A stretch of DNA of 64,000 nt from Alphaproteobacteria bacterium (GTDB lineage: Bacteria > Pseudomonadota > Alphaproteobacteria > GCA-2731375). Positions 1-9,144 of the stretch are shown in pieces. The stretch lies in the NCBI GenBank assembly GCA_965232515.1, contig CBDDPY010000002.1, positions 2,880,001 to 2,944,000 of the forward strand, in the 5' to 3' direction. Made by a program: the position numbers and the translations under genes. Within the stretch, counting starts at the first letter, position 1; each line of letters begins with the position of its first letter. Under the pieces are notes generated by a model that had not been told where the DNA came from, searched no databases, and was given only the letters and a program-made list of their open reading frames with translations.

Positions 1-74
1 TTTGCTTCGACGATTGCCTGGCGGCTGAGTCTGAGACGCGGCACGTAAGCGCCGAATGCCGTGATGCCGATCAT
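1..74 (-). CDS. N-terminus (runs off window) of HMG-CoA synthase-like / OB-fold acyl-CoA metabolism protein
   Basis: Minus strand from ATG at 74 reads MIGITAFGAYVPRLRLSRQAIVEA, matching the GIxxxGAYxPRxRL N-terminus of HMG-CoA-synthase-like proteins; too short for the ORF track. Confidence 0.65.
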   Translation of the reverse strand, partial: MIGITAFGAYVPRLRLSRQAIVEA

Positions 75-288
75 GGCCTCATTTCCCCGTGCGTATTTGT
101 TTTAAGCTTGAAGGATCTCGTTGGGATCATCCTTACCACCCGGCCGAGAACAAGGCAACGACGCGGGCGGATTTCAGCGGTTTTTTCAACGATTTGACAT
201 GACATGCGGCCGTCTTGCCGCCTGCTGCCGTCACCCGCCTCGACTGTCATTCTGACGTCATGGTCGCTCCCTAGTATGTGACGCCTTC

Positions 289-325
289 TTGACAGAGCGC
301 GATATCTCGATATTTTTGGAGATAT
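289..325 (+). promoter_or_regulatory. ars promoter (-35 TTGACA, -10 TATTTT) with ArsR-type inverted-repeat operator
   Basis: TTGACA 289-294, TATTTT 311-316; inverted repeat ATATCTC (302-308) / GAGATAT (319-325) overlapping the arsR ATG. Confidence 0.6.
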
Positions 326-653
326 GGAGAAATCAGACGCGATCGGCGCGCTGGGCGCGCTGGCCCAGGACACCCGGCTCGACATCTTTCGCCTGCTGGT
401 GCGGGTCGGCCGCGACGGCCTGCCGGCCGGACGGATCGGCGCCCGCTTCGGTCTGCCCTCGGCGACATTGTCGTTCCACTTGAATCAATTGAAGCAGGCC
501 GGCCTGCTGACCTGCCGGCGCGAGGGCCGGTCGATGATCTACGCCGCCCAGTTCGACGCCATGAACGAGCTGCTGGCCTATCTGACCGAGAATTGCTGCC
601 AGGGACAGACCGGCGATTGCGCCGTGCCGGTCTGCGCGCCCGCGGCGGAATAG
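324..653 (+). CDS. arsR: ArsR/SmtB family arsenic-responsive repressor (C-terminal CC type)
   Basis: ALAQDTRLDIFRLL...TLSFHLNQL wHTH; C-terminal ENCC plus two more Cys; heads an ars operon. Confidence 0.92.
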   Translation: MEKSDAIGALGALAQDTRLDIFRLLVRVGRDGLPAGRIGARFGLPSATLSFHLNQLKQAGLLTCRREGRSMIYAAQFDAMNELLAYLTENCCQGQTGDCAVPVCAPAAE

Positions 654-665
654 GAGACGATATCG

Positions 666-1091
666 ATGAAACGCCTGCACGTGCATGTGGCCGTCGAAAA
701 CCTCGACGAGTCGATCCGGTTCTACGCGACGCTGTTCGGCGCCGAGCCCAATGTCAGCGAACACGATTACGCCAAATGGCTGTTGGACGATCCGGCGGTC
801 AACTTCGCCATCTCGGACCGCAGCGGCCGTCGCGGCATCGACCACCTCGGCATTCAGGTCGAAACAGCGGACGAGCTGGCCGATGTGACCGAACGCCTGT
901 CCACCGCACAGGCGCAGGTCCTGCAGGAAGAAGCCGCCCAGTGCTGCTACGCCAAGGGCGACAAGACCTGGACCGCCGATCCGCAGGGGGTGGCTTGGGA
1001 GACCTTCCACACCTATGGCGAGATCCGCGTTTTCGGCAAGGACACCGGCGCGGTCCGGCGGCTGCAGGACGCGCCACCGGCCGAAGGCTGA
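666..1091 (+). CDS. arsI: ArsI/CadI family VOC metalloenzyme (putative C-As lyase)
   Basis: RLHVHVAV, DHLGIQV, vicinal CCYA, DPQGVAWETF motifs; ars context; GGAG RBS. Confidence 0.85.
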   Translation: MKRLHVHVAVENLDESIRFYATLFGAEPNVSEHDYAKWLLDDPAVNFAISDRSGRRGIDHLGIQVETADELADVTERLSTAQAQVLQEEAAQCCYAKGDKTWTADPQGVAWETFHTYGEIRVFGKDTGAVRRLQDAPPAEG

Positions 1092-1114
1092 CGTCGAGCG
1101 GGGGACAACAGCAT

Positions 1115-2314
1115 ATGCGCCAACAGGAGCTGCCGATCGCCGTGATCGGGGCCGGCCCGATAGGCTTGGCGACGGCCGCGCATCTGCTGGCGGCGGGCGA
1201 AACGCCGCTGGTATTCGAGGCCGGCGATAACATCGCGGCCAATATCCGGCAGTGGGCGCACGTGCCCTTGTTTTCGCCCTGGCACGAATGCCTGGACCCG
1301 GTCTCAGCCGATATGCTGCGAGGCAACGGCTGGACGCCGCCCGATCCGGATGCCATGCCGCATGGCCGCGATGTCGTGGCGGACTATCTTGAACCTCTGT
1401 CGCGCCTGCCCGCGATGGCGGCGTGCGTCAGGCTGCGGCGTCGGGTGACGTCGATCCGGCGGCAAGATCCCGGCAACACCCAAGCACGCTTCGTGCTGCA
1501 TGTGCAGGATGGCGAGGGCGGTGATGCCGATGTGCCGGCCCGGGCCGTAATCGATGCATCCGGCACCTGGATGACGCCCAACCAGCTGGGTCGCCGCGGC
1601 CTGCCCGTCACCGGCGAAGCCGAGCTTCGAGACCGCGTGCATTACGGCATTCCCGACATCCTCGGCCGCGACAGGGCGCGTTACGCCGGCCGGCGCGCCC
1701 TGGTCGTCGGCGCCGGCCATTCGGCCGCGAACTGTTTGTTGATGTTGTCGGAGTTGGCGCTGGACGCCCCCCGCACGGAGATCGTCTGGGCCATTCGCGG
1801 CAGCCGGGCGCGGCAGATCATGGACGACCGAAGTGACGATCCGCTGTCGGCGCGGGCGCGGCTCGGACGCGATGTCGCCGACCTGCTGCGCGACAAGCGC
1901 ATCGATTTGTTCAGCCAGTTCCAGGCTAGCGCGTTGCGCCGCGACGGCGACCGCGTCGAGGTCGTCGGCCACAGCGACGGCACGATGCCCGCGTCGCTGG
2001 TCGTCGACCAGGTGATCTGCGCGACCGGCCAGCGGCCCGATCCGACGCTGGCACAGGCTCTGCGGCTCGATCTCGACCCCGTGCTCGACTGTCCGGCCGG
2101 TCTGGCGCCGCTGATCGATCCGGAACGTCATACCTGCAATACCGTCGCCGCGCACGGCGCCGCCGAGTTGCGGCATCCCGAGCCCGACTTCTACACCGTC
2201 GGCATGAAGAGCTATGGCCGTGCGCCAACCTTCCTGATGCGTACCGGCTACATGCAGGTGCGGTCGGTCGTCGCCGCCATCACCGCAGCCCACCGGCAGC
2301 AGCCCGCCGCCTGA
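1115..2314 (+). CDS. Arsenic-associated FAD/NAD(P)H flavin monooxygenase (ArsO/ArsV-like)
   Basis: GAGPIG and GAGHSA Rossmann motifs, DASGTW, HTCNTV..HGAAEL.HPEPDFY..GMKSYGRAPTFL signature; start reassigned to ATG 1115. Confidence 0.8.
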   Translation: MRQQELPIAVIGAGPIGLATAAHLLAAGETPLVFEAGDNIAANIRQWAHVPLFSPWHECLDPVSADMLRGNGWTPPDPDAMPHGRDVVADYLEPLSRLPAMAACVRLRRRVTSIRRQDPGNTQARFVLHVQDGEGGDADVPARAVIDASGTWMTPNQLGRRGLPVTGEAELRDRVHYGIPDILGRDRARYAGRRALVVGAGHSAANCLLMLSELALDAPRTEIVWAIRGSRARQIMDDRSDDPLSARARLGRDVADLLRDKRIDLFSQFQASALRRDGDRVEVVGHSDGTMPASLVVDQVICATGQRPDPTLAQALRLDLDPVLDCPAGLAPLIDPERHTCNTVAAHGAAELRHPEPDFYTVGMKSYGRAPTFLMRTGYMQVRSVVAAITAAHRQQPAA

Positions 2315-2325
2315 GGAAACCGCTT

Positions 2326-2835
2326 ATGTCCCAGCACACGCGCAACGTTCTGTTCCTGTGTACCGGCAATTCGGCCCGCAGCATCATGGCCGAATGCGTC
2401 CTGAACCGTGTCGGCCAAGGCCGGTTCCAGGCGTACAGCGCCGGCAGCCACCCGACCGGCCAGGTAAACCCTTACGCGCTCGACCTGCTGCGCAGCCTCA
2501 ACTACGCCACCGACGGTCTGCGGTCGAAGGATTGGGACGAGTTTGCCCAGGCCAACGCGCCCATCATGGATTTCGTGTTAACGGTCTGCGACAGCGCTGC
2601 CGGCGAAGCCTGCCCGGTCTGGCCCGGCCAGCCGATGACCGCGCATTGGGGCTTTCCGGACCCGGCGGCGTTCGACGGCACGGAGGCCGAGATCCGGGCC
2701 TTCTTCGCCGAAATCTACGGCCAGATCGAACGCCGGCTGTCGATATTCGCAAACCTGCCGCTCGACGCCCTCGACCGGTTGGCGCTGCAACGACGTCTGG
2801 CCGAGATCGGCCAGACCATGCCTCGCTCGGCCTGA
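2326..2835 (+). CDS. arsC: Arsenate reductase, LMW-PTP family
   Basis: FLCTGNSARS P-loop, TVCDSAAGEACPVWPG, HWGFPDP. Confidence 0.93.
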   Translation: MSQHTRNVLFLCTGNSARSIMAECVLNRVGQGRFQAYSAGSHPTGQVNPYALDLLRSLNYATDGLRSKDWDEFAQANAPIMDFVLTVCDSAAGEACPVWPGQPMTAHWGFPDPAAFDGTEAEIRAFFAEIYGQIERRLSIFANLPLDALDRLALQRRLAEIGQTMPRSA

Positions 2836-2844
2836 CGCGGCGCG

Positions 2845-3528
2845 ATGGCAATGGAAACGGTCGACCTTCCCCGCCGCCTGGCCGCCGAAGCCCTGGGCAC
2901 GGCGTTTCTGCTGGCCGGCGTGGTCGGCTCCGGGATCATGGGCGAGACGCTCGCCGGCGGCAATGTGGCTATTGCGCTGTTGGGCAACACGGTCGCCACC
3001 GGCGCCATCCTGGTGGTGCTGATCCTCATCTTCGGGCCGGTCTCTGGCGCGCATTTCAATCCGGCCGTGACGTTGTCGTTCTTTCTGCAGCGCGCAATCG
3101 GCCCACGGGACGCGCTGATGTATCTGGGCGCCCAGGTCGTCGGCGGCCTGATCGGCGTGATCGCCGCGCACGCCATGTTCGACGCGCCGCTGCTGGCCGC
3201 CTCGGTCAACGCGCGGACCGGCTTTCCACAATGGACGGGCGAGTTCGTCGCGACGTTCGGCCTGGTGGCGACGATCCTCGGCTGCCTGCGCGCCCGGCCC
3301 GAGGCGGTGCCGTTCGCCGTCGGCCTCTATATCACCGCCGGTTACTGGTTCACCTCATCGACCTCGTTCGCCAATCCGGCGGTGACTGTCGCGCGTGCCT
3401 TCACCGACAGCTTTTCCGGTATCCGGCCCATGGACGCGCCGGGCTTTATCATCGCGCAACTGATTGGGGCGACGGCCGCGACCATGGTCTTCGCCTGGCT
3501 GCTGGCGCAAGGCCGCAGCCAAAAATAG
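2845..3528 (+). CDS. aqpS: MIP/aquaglyceroporin, arsenite channel (AqpS-like)
   Basis: Two NPA boxes (SGAHFNPAVT, SFANPAVT), hydrophobic helices, ars operon position. Confidence 0.85.
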   Translation: MAMETVDLPRRLAAEALGTAFLLAGVVGSGIMGETLAGGNVAIALLGNTVATGAILVVLILIFGPVSGAHFNPAVTLSFFLQRAIGPRDALMYLGAQVVGGLIGVIAAHAMFDAPLLAASVNARTGFPQWTGEFVATFGLVATILGCLRARPEAVPFAVGLYITAGYWFTSSTSFANPAVTVARAFTDSFSGIRPMDAPGFIIAQLIGATAATMVFAWLLAQGRSQK

Positions 3529-3541
3529 ATCGCTCGAGGGT

Positions 3542-3814
3542 TCAAATCTTGAGGTGATGCGCCCGGGCGTAGTCGATGAAGTGGCGCATGGTGGCGACCA
3601 GCTTGGCGGCGTGCGCCAGGTCGCCGCGGGCGCGCGCGGCGTCGATGTCGTCGAGGATGATCTGCTTCAGGCGCGGACCGCCCTCGGCCGTATGCACGAG
3701 ATAATTCGCCATCTCGAGCGCCAGCATTTCCGGCAAATGTTCGTGCTCGGCCACGGCGTCGATCAGGTCTTCCTCGACGTCGCAGCAGCCGAGACAATCC
3801 TCCCAGGTCAGCAT
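3542..3814 (-). CDS. Small conserved hypothetical protein
   Basis: MLTWEDCLGCC...AVAEHEHLPE...IILDDI; GGAG RBS 6 nt upstream of ATG 3814. Confidence 0.7.
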   Translation of the reverse strand: MLTWEDCLGCCDVEEDLIDAVAEHEHLPEMLALEMANYLVHTAEGGPRLKQIILDDIDAARARGDLAHAAKLVATMRHFIDYARAHHLKI

Positions 3815-3924
3815 GCCGGCCTCCATTGCCAACGCATGACAGTTATTTGACGGGATGCTGACAGTTTGGCGCGGCCGGCCAAATGATCTAAGTCAACGGC
3901 AGGTTTGATGCGGGAGTAACCGTG

Positions 3925-5373
3925 ATGACGTTGAGTGGGGTTGCGGATCTGGCGGCGTTGGAGGCGCGCATCGCGCACGATCTGGCCGTCACCGCCTATC
4001 CGACGAAGCCGTGGCTGCGGCCGATGGCCGGCCCGGACGGCGCGCATGTCTACGATGTCGTCATTGTCGGCGCCGGACAGAGCGGGCTTGCCGCCGCCTT
4101 CGGCCTGCGCCGCGAGAAGGTCGAGAATGTGCTGGTGATCGATGCCGCGCCCGCCGGCCGCGAAGGCCCCTGGATGACCTTCGCCCGCATGCCGACGCTG
4201 CGCTCACCGAAATACCTGACTGGCATCGATCTGGGCGTGCCGAGCCTGACTTTTCGCGCCTGGTACGAGGCGCAGCATGGCGCCGCCGCCTGGGAGGCTT
4301 TGGGCAAGATTCCGACCGACATGTGGATGGCCTATCTGATGTGGTTCCGCCGCCTCTTGGACCTGCCGGTCGAGAACGACTGCCGGCTGGAGCGCACCGA
4401 GCCGGTCGACGGCATCTTCCGGCTGCACCTGACGCGCGCGGGTTTGCCGGACACGATCTATGCCCGCAAGGTGGTCTATTGCACCGGCCTCGACGGTACC
4501 GGCGAGTGGTATGTGCCAGACATCGTTCGCGACAACCTGCCGCCGGACCGCTTCCGGCACGCCGCCGACCCGGCGATCGACTTCGCCGCGCTGCGCGGCA
4601 AGACGGTGGCGGTGCTGGGCGCGGGCGCGTCGGCCTTCGACCAGGCCTCGGTGGCGCTGGAGCAGGGCGCCGCTGATGTGCATGTGTTTTCACGCCGTGA
4701 AACACTGAACCGGGTGCAGCCGTTCATCCATCTCGAGCTGGCGGGATTCCTGCGCAACTTCGCGGAGCTCACGCCCGAATGGCGCTGGCGGTTCATGAAC
4801 TATCTACTGCGCCAGCGCGAGCCCTGCCCGCCGGAGACCTGGGAGCGCGCGACCCGGCACGAGAACTTCCATCTGCATACCGGCGCGCCGTGGGACGCGG
4901 TTCGCATGGACGGCGACCGCATCCGCATCGAGACGCCGAAGGGCGTGACGGAGGCGGATTTCGTGATCTGCGGCACCGGCATCACGGTCGACATGAGCCT
5001 GCGGCCGGAACTGGCCGACATCGCCCCCCATGTCGCCACCTGGGCCGACCGCTATACGCCGCCGCCCGAGGAGGCCAATCCCTGGATCGCCTCCTACCCC
5101 TATCTCGACCCGGCCTGCGCGCTGACCGAGAAGGCGCCGGGTACCGCGCCCTGGCTGCGTCACCTGCACGTCTTCACCTTCGGCGCGACGCTCAGCATCG
5201 GCTTTTCCGGCGGCGGCATGAACGGCCTGAAATACAGCCTGCCCCGCCTGATCGGCGGCATCACCAAGGGCCTGTTCGAGGACGACGTCGAACAGCAATA
5301 CCAGGCCCTTCTGGACTACCAGGAGCCGCTGTTCGATCTGGGCAAGTGGGCCGATAAAGACGCGGCGGAATAG
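3925..5373 (+). CDS. FAD/NAD(P)-dependent oxidoreductase, HpyO (urate hydroxylase)-like
   Basis: GAGQSG, EGPWMTFARMPTLRSPK, GAGASAFD motifs. Confidence 0.75.
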   Translation: MTLSGVADLAALEARIAHDLAVTAYPTKPWLRPMAGPDGAHVYDVVIVGAGQSGLAAAFGLRREKVENVLVIDAAPAGREGPWMTFARMPTLRSPKYLTGIDLGVPSLTFRAWYEAQHGAAAWEALGKIPTDMWMAYLMWFRRLLDLPVENDCRLERTEPVDGIFRLHLTRAGLPDTIYARKVVYCTGLDGTGEWYVPDIVRDNLPPDRFRHAADPAIDFAALRGKTVAVLGAGASAFDQASVALEQGAADVHVFSRRETLNRVQPFIHLELAGFLRNFAELTPEWRWRFMNYLLRQREPCPPETWERATRHENFHLHTGAPWDAVRMDGDRIRIETPKGVTEADFVICGTGITVDMSLRPELADIAPHVATWADRYTPPPEEANPWIASYPYLDPACALTEKAPGTAPWLRHLHVFTFGATLSIGFSGGGMNGLKYSLPRLIGGITKGLFEDDVEQQYQALLDYQEPLFDLGKWADKDAAE

Positions 5374-5573
5374 CGCCGCCCGCTGCCCCCATCTCACTGT
5401 TGCAGATCGCGCGCGGCGACGCGGCCGGCGGATCGTTTCGGCCTGTTGAAGCGTATCTCAAGCGAATGTCATTTGCCTGCTGCACAGGGCGGTGGAACGA
5501 ATGACGCGTGGCAACCCATGCCATGCAAACCAGAAACCGTTCGCCAAGAAACGGGCAATTCGGGAGGGAGATC

Positions 5574-6398
5574 ATGCGCAACATGCAAGCGTTCGTCGCA
5601 GTGAGTCTGTTCGTCCCCGTTCTGTTCAGTCACGGCGTATCCGCGCAGACCGCCGACGTGACGGCGGGCGAGGCAACGGCGGCGGAGGTCTGTGCCGCCT
5701 GCCACGGCATCAACGGCATTTCGGTCAGCGACGACATTCCGAACCTGGCCGGCCAGAAAGGCAAGTATCTGACAGCACAGCTCAAGGCGTTTCGCGGCGG
5801 CGAGCGCAAGAACGCGTTGATGAACGCCATCGCCGGTCAGCTCGAGGATACCGACATCGAGAACGTCGCCGCGTTCTTCGCCGGCCTGCCGGCGAGTCCG
5901 GGCCAGGAAACGTCATCGCTGTTCCCCGAACTGGTGGGCGACCTGCTGAGCTTCCCGAAGGACTACAAGGACAGCTTCACCCACTACACGACGATCTCGT
6001 TTCCAAAGCGAAAGCAGGTGCGCCACTACTACGCCAACCCGGCGGCGCTGGCGGCGGCCAAGGCCGGCGGCACGTTTCCGAATGGATCGTATCTCTTCGT
6101 CGAGGTTTTCAAGGCCAAGTTCGATGCCGACGGCAAGCCGGTGACCGGCGTCGATGGGCATTTCGAGGCCGATAAACTGGCCGTCTACACGGCCATGGAG
6201 AAGCAGGCCGGTTGGGGCAACACGGCGCCCGAGATCCTGCGCAACGGCGACTGGCGCTATGCGGTCTTCGGCACGGATGGCGCCCACAAGACCGGGCTCA
6301 ACGAGGCAAAGTGCCTCGCCTGCCACAAGCCGCTTACCGGCCAGGACTATGTTTTCTCCATCGAGGCGCTGAAGCAGAAGGCCACCAGCGCCAACTGA
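5574..6398 (+). CDS. Periplasmic dihaem protein: class I cytochrome c (c553/c4-like) fused to a cytochrome P460-family domain
   Basis: Signal peptide; CAACH...PNLAGQ...M domain; second domain YYANP..FPNGS...RNGDWRY...CLACH; GGAG RBS before ATG 5574. Confidence 0.85.
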   Translation: MRNMQAFVAVSLFVPVLFSHGVSAQTADVTAGEATAAEVCAACHGINGISVSDDIPNLAGQKGKYLTAQLKAFRGGERKNALMNAIAGQLEDTDIENVAAFFAGLPASPGQETSSLFPELVGDLLSFPKDYKDSFTHYTTISFPKRKQVRHYYANPAALAAAKAGGTFPNGSYLFVEVFKAKFDADGKPVTGVDGHFEADKLAVYTAMEKQAGWGNTAPEILRNGDWRYAVFGTDGAHKTGLNEAKCLACHKPLTGQDYVFSIEALKQKATSAN

Positions 6399-6424
6399 CG
6401 GCGGTGGACGGCCGGGGGCTGGTC

Positions 6425-7108
6425 CTAGTTCGCCCGCGTCGGCGCCGTCTTCCAGCCGAGGCGCACGGCGGCGATGGCCTGCGCGACGGCGGCCTGGCTG
6501 GGGTCGATGACCGGCACGCCGAGACGGTCCTCGAGCCGGGTGCGGTAGCGGGCCATGCCGGCGCAGCCCATGATCAGCACGTCGGCGCCGAACTCGTCGA
6601 CGACGCGGCCGCCGACCTCGGCCATGCGCGCCTCGACCTTGTCTTCCTGATCGAGGCCGGTGACGCCGACGCCGATCGGCAGCTCGCCGGCGAAGCGATC
6701 GTCGAGACCCATCTGCCGGATGTAGCGCCGGTGCCGCGTCACCGAGGCCGGCAGGATGGCGATGATGCCGAAACGGTCGCCCAAATTGAGCGCCGTGGTC
6801 ATGGCGCATTCGGAAATGCCCAGCACCGGCCGCGCCGTCGTCTCGCGCGCCGAATGCAGGCCGGGATCGGAGAAGCAGGCGACCACGAAGGCGTCGGCCT
6901 GATTGTCCTCGCGCTTGATCAGGTCGCAGAGCGGATCGACGACGCCGTCGACATGGCGCTGGGTCTCGATGCCGGGCGGTCCCTCGGCGAGCGTCAGACA
7001 ATCGATCTCCGGCCCGTCGGCGAAACGCAGATCCGCCATCGCGTCATCGATGCCTTGCGTCACGGCCTCGGTCGAGTTCGGGTTGATAACGACGATACGC
7101 TGGCTCAT
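6425..7108 (-). CDS. Asp/Glu/hydantoin (allantoin) racemase
   Basis: IVVINPNS, ACFSDPG, MGCAGM catalytic Cys pair. Confidence 0.88.
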   Translation of the reverse strand: MSQRIVVINPNSTEAVTQGIDDAMADLRFADGPEIDCLTLAEGPPGIETQRHVDGVVDPLCDLIKREDNQADAFVVACFSDPGLHSARETTARPVLGISECAMTTALNLGDRFGIIAILPASVTRHRRYIRQMGLDDRFAGELPIGVGVTGLDQEDKVEARMAEVGGRVVDEFGADVLIMGCAGMARYRTRLEDRLGVPVIDPSQAAVAQAIAAVRLGWKTAPTRAN

Positions 7109-7140
7109 GGCGCGTCCTTCTGGGGCGGCGGGTTCGTTGG

Positions 7141-8070
7141 TCATTCGGCCGGCGGCACGGCGGCGGTCTGGTCGACGATGATGCTGTAGTGCTCGGTGCG
7201 GCGGTGGTCGGCGAAGTTGAAGATCGTGTCCTTGATGTACTGGCCGCGGCTGAGATCGGCCTTGGCGGTAATGACCTCGTCACCGTCGGTGGTGGCCAGC
7301 GCCACCAGCTCGCCGGTCGGCGCGACGATGCAGGAGCCGGCCATCATGTGCACGCCCTCCTCCATGCCGGCCTTGGCTGTGCCGACGACCCAGGTGCCGT
7401 TCTGGTAAGCGCCGGCCTGCATGGACATGTGGTTGTGGAACATGCGCAGGTGCTCGGCCTCCTTGGCGACGGCGTTGCCGGTGGGCGTGTTGTAGCCGAG
7501 CATGACCAGCTCCACCCCGCGCAGGCCCATGCAGCGCCAGGTCTCGGGCCAGCGCCGGTCGTTGCAGATGCACATGCCCATGACGCCGCCCATGCTGCGC
7601 CAGACCGGGAAGCCGAGATCGCCGGGCTCGAAATAGCCCTTCTCCAGATGCTGCCAGGGCCGCTCGGGGTCGTATTCGGCATGGCCCGGCAGGTGCACCT
7701 TGCGGTACTTGCCGACGATCTCGCCGGCCTGGTCGACCAGGATGGCTGTGTTGAACCGGTGCTTGTCGGGCGTCATCTCGGCATAGCCGAGATAGAAGCC
7801 GACGCCGAGTTCCTTCGCCACCTCGAACAGCGGCTGGGTCTCGTTCGACGGCATCTCGCGCTCGTAGAAGTTATCGAGCTCCTCCTGGTCCTCGATCCAC
7901 CAGCGCGGAAAGAACGTGGTCAACGCCAGTTCCGGGAACACCACCAGCCGCGCGCCGCGGCCATGCGCCTCGCGCATGAGCGCGATCATGCGGTTGACGA
8001 CGCTCGTGCGGCTCTCGGCTCGCGCGATCGGGCCGAGCTGCGCCGCGGCCACGACGATCTCTCGGGACAT
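7141..8070 (-). CDS. N-carbamoyl-D-amino-acid amidohydrolase (nitrilase superfamily)
   Basis: FPELALTTFFPRW, YRKVHLPGH, ICNDRRWPE (Glu-Lys-Cys triad); start ATG 8070 with AGGAG RBS. Confidence 0.92.
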   Translation of the reverse strand: MSREIVVAAAQLGPIARAESRTSVVNRMIALMREAHGRGARLVVFPELALTTFFPRWWIEDQEELDNFYEREMPSNETQPLFEVAKELGVGFYLGYAEMTPDKHRFNTAILVDQAGEIVGKYRKVHLPGHAEYDPERPWQHLEKGYFEPGDLGFPVWRSMGGVMGMCICNDRRWPETWRCMGLRGVELVMLGYNTPTGNAVAKEAEHLRMFHNHMSMQAGAYQNGTWVVGTAKAGMEEGVHMMAGSCIVAPTGELVALATTDGDEVITAKADLSRGQYIKDTIFNFADHRRTEHYSIIVDQTAAVPPAE

Positions 8071-8158
8071 ACCTGCTCCTGTGGACCGGTTTTGAATTGG
8101 CGGGCGCGATGATAACATTTCGCCGCGCAACAAGAGCAACACCGAAGAGTCCCCATCC

Positions 8159-9088
8159 TTGGCTATTCTGATCCATTGCCCCTGGCCGAACGCGCAAGTC
8201 TGGCTGGACCGTCTGCGGGCGGCCCTGCCCGACGCGGAAATCTGCGTCTGGCCCGATCTGGGCGCACCCGGCGACATCGACTTCGCCATGGTCTGGCAGC
8301 TGCCGGCAGGCGTGCTGTCGACCCTGCCGAACCTCAAAGGCGTCTGCTCGCTGGGCGCCGGCGTCGACCACTTTCTCTCCGACCCCGATATGCCACGGCA
8401 TCTGCCGGTGGCACGGCTGGTCGACCCGCTGATGGCCGACCGGATGGCCGAATATGTCACCGGCCAGGTGCTGCGCTATCACCTGCGCAGCGACGACTAT
8501 GCCGCCCAGCAACGGCAGGGCGTCTGGGAGCGCCTGCCGCAAAAAGACGCACCGGCACGGACCGTCGGCATCCTCGGGCTGGGTCATCTGGGCACGGTCT
8601 GCGCAAAGCAGCTGTCGAGCCTGGGCTTCCGGACCTGCGGCTGGAGCCGGTCGGCGAAGCAGGTCGCGGGCTTGGAAACGTTCCATGACGCTGACGGCCT
8701 GGCGTCGATGCTACGACAGACCGAAATCCTGGTCTGCCTGCTGCCGCTGACGACAGAGACACGCGGCATCCTGAATGCCGAGACGTTCGCACAGATGCCG
8801 CGCGGCGCCGCGTTGATCAACGTGGCGCGTGGCGATCATCTGGTCGACGCCGACTTGCTGGCGGCGCTGACGTCGGGCCAGCTCCGCGGGGCGACACTGG
8901 ACGTGTTCCGCGACGAACCGTTGCCGGCGGCACACGCCTTCTGGCGGCACGATAAGATCTTGGTCACGCCGCATATCTCCAGCCTGTCGGAACCGGCCAC
9001 CGCCGCGGTCATTTTGGCCGAGCAGTATCACCGCTGCCGGCGCGGCGAGCCAATGCGGGATCTGGTGGATCTGTCCGCCGGCTATTGA
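8159..9088 (+). CDS. ghrA: Glyoxylate/hydroxypyruvate reductase A
   Basis: SLGAGVD, GLGHLG, LINVARG, LDVF..EPLP, TPHIS. Confidence 0.85.
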   Translation: MAILIHCPWPNAQVWLDRLRAALPDAEICVWPDLGAPGDIDFAMVWQLPAGVLSTLPNLKGVCSLGAGVDHFLSDPDMPRHLPVARLVDPLMADRMAEYVTGQVLRYHLRSDDYAAQQRQGVWERLPQKDAPARTVGILGLGHLGTVCAKQLSSLGFRTCGWSRSAKQVAGLETFHDADGLASMLRQTEILVCLLPLTTETRGILNAETFAQMPRGAALINVARGDHLVDADLLAALTSGQLRGATLDVFRDEPLPAAHAFWRHDKILVTPHISSLSEPATAAVILAEQYHRCRRGEPMRDLVDLSAGY

Positions 9089-9144
9089 CCACAGCGACCG
9101 CCGGCCGCTGGGACCGGCGCTGCAATGACCTTGGGAGGAGGCGC

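Noticed and set aside
593-1114. Apparent N-terminal extension fusing the ars flavoprotein to upstream sequence
   Set aside because: Out-of-frame overlap with arsR/arsI; the family N-terminus begins at ATG 1115
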